Notes under the pieces: model-generated | What the model was told of the DNA's origin: nothing | The model's input: only the letters and a program-made list of their open reading frames with translations | Databases searched by the model: none | Program-made: the position numbers and the translations under genes | DNA from: Dicyema japonicum | Lineage: Eukaryota; Animalia; Dicyemida | DNA length: 64,000 nt | Direction of reading: 5' to 3' | Assembly (NCBI GenBank): GCA_011109175.1 | Contig: RDEW01000018.1 | Coordinates: forward strand, 979,222-1,043,221 | Shown: piece by piece, positions 63,352 to 64,000 of the stretch | Layout of the letters: each line of letters begins with the position of its first letter | Position numbering within the stretch: position 1 is the stretch's first letter

Positions 63352-64000
63352 CTATTCATAATATCCCATATCCTTCTCAAACTTCTTAGTCTTCTCGATG
63401 TGCATTTCAATGTCATACGGAGATTTCATTATCTTCTCAAACAGCCCAAGAATGTATTCACTCGTCTCCCCAAAATGAGTCTGGGGGTCGTTATTCATAG
63501 TAATATAAAGATTCTCAGGCACCAGCTCCTTCACTGGCTCATAAATATCCGATGTAAATTTAAAACTAGGTTAAAAAAACACAAACTTATCCAAAGTATT
63601 CCCAAAAAGTTCCAAAATTGGTTCCAACTCAGCCTCTGGGTTCTCAGTCTCCACCTTCGTGGATGCTATGGCCAGGAAATAGCCAGGTGGAGCCACCATG
63701 GCTTGCTGGCTCAGAAGTAGTCCATAAATATCTAAATTTCCCACAAAAACTACCATTGACCCTGTTGACACGTGCTCCAGGAATGATTATCTGGGCAGAA
63801 GAACAGGAAGAGATGGCCCTCAGGGGATGGTCAAGTATACAGATACAGCGAACAATCTTTCCAGTGACTTTGCACATACTGGTGGCATAGGAGGGATCAC
63901 ATATCACCATGGGACTGGGAACGAACTCTCCGTTCTTGATTTTGACCCCTACCACCTTCCCAGGCCCGTCCCCTGTCTTTTCCACGACAATCTCCACTTC
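63352..64000 (-). CDS. GDI: Rab GDP dissociation inhibitor, 3' part (5' end beyond the window)
   Basis: ICDPSY, VRCICILDHP, SAQIIIP..RVN|DIY, AIASTKVETENPEAELEP, DIYEP, DPQTHF; introns of 22 and 21 nt; stop TAG. Confidence 0.95.

Noticed and set aside
60770-64000. PGGT1B next to Rab GDI as a prenylation gene cluster
   Set aside because: GGTase-I acts on CaaX substrates, not Rabs, and the genes are convergent with another gene between them; probably coincidental.

Overview
Eukaryotic (animal) genomic scaffold, very AT-rich between genes. Compact genes are split by ultra-short spliceosomal introns, mostly 21-28 nt, so the ORF track shows only fragments. TAA, TAG and TGA all act as stops, so the code is standard. 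Metazoan-type and ciliary genes combined with 21-26 nt introns best fit a dicyemid mesozoan (inference). Genes rebuilt by hand-splicing: DZANK1 (5' partial), RAD51, a CNK/CNKSR scaffold, a very divergent 14-3-3, a myosin regulatory light chain, INO80C/IES6, MORN5, PPP4R4, CAPZB, DNAI2, SPT4, PGGT1B and Rab GDI (5' partial), plus three unassigned candidate genes. The rest is transposon debris: APE-type LINEs, RTE/RTE-X fragments, at least five CRE-like RLE retroelement remnants, pogo/Tigger and hAT elements, two MITE-like elements and a tRNA-Arg-derived SINE-like family. The draft assembly has 2 N-gaps and 14 single-N joins, most flanked by duplicated sequence. No clearly new biological system is demonstrable. 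The most interesting signals are: (1) micro-introns with minimal splice signals, including two GC-AG introns and many stopless 3n introns; (2) RFX X-boxes 5-6 nt from ciliary start codons; (3) the SINE family; (4) a hAT element interrupting an otherwise continuous ORF; (5) the divergent 14-3-3. All gene names come from recalled protein motifs; no database search was run.
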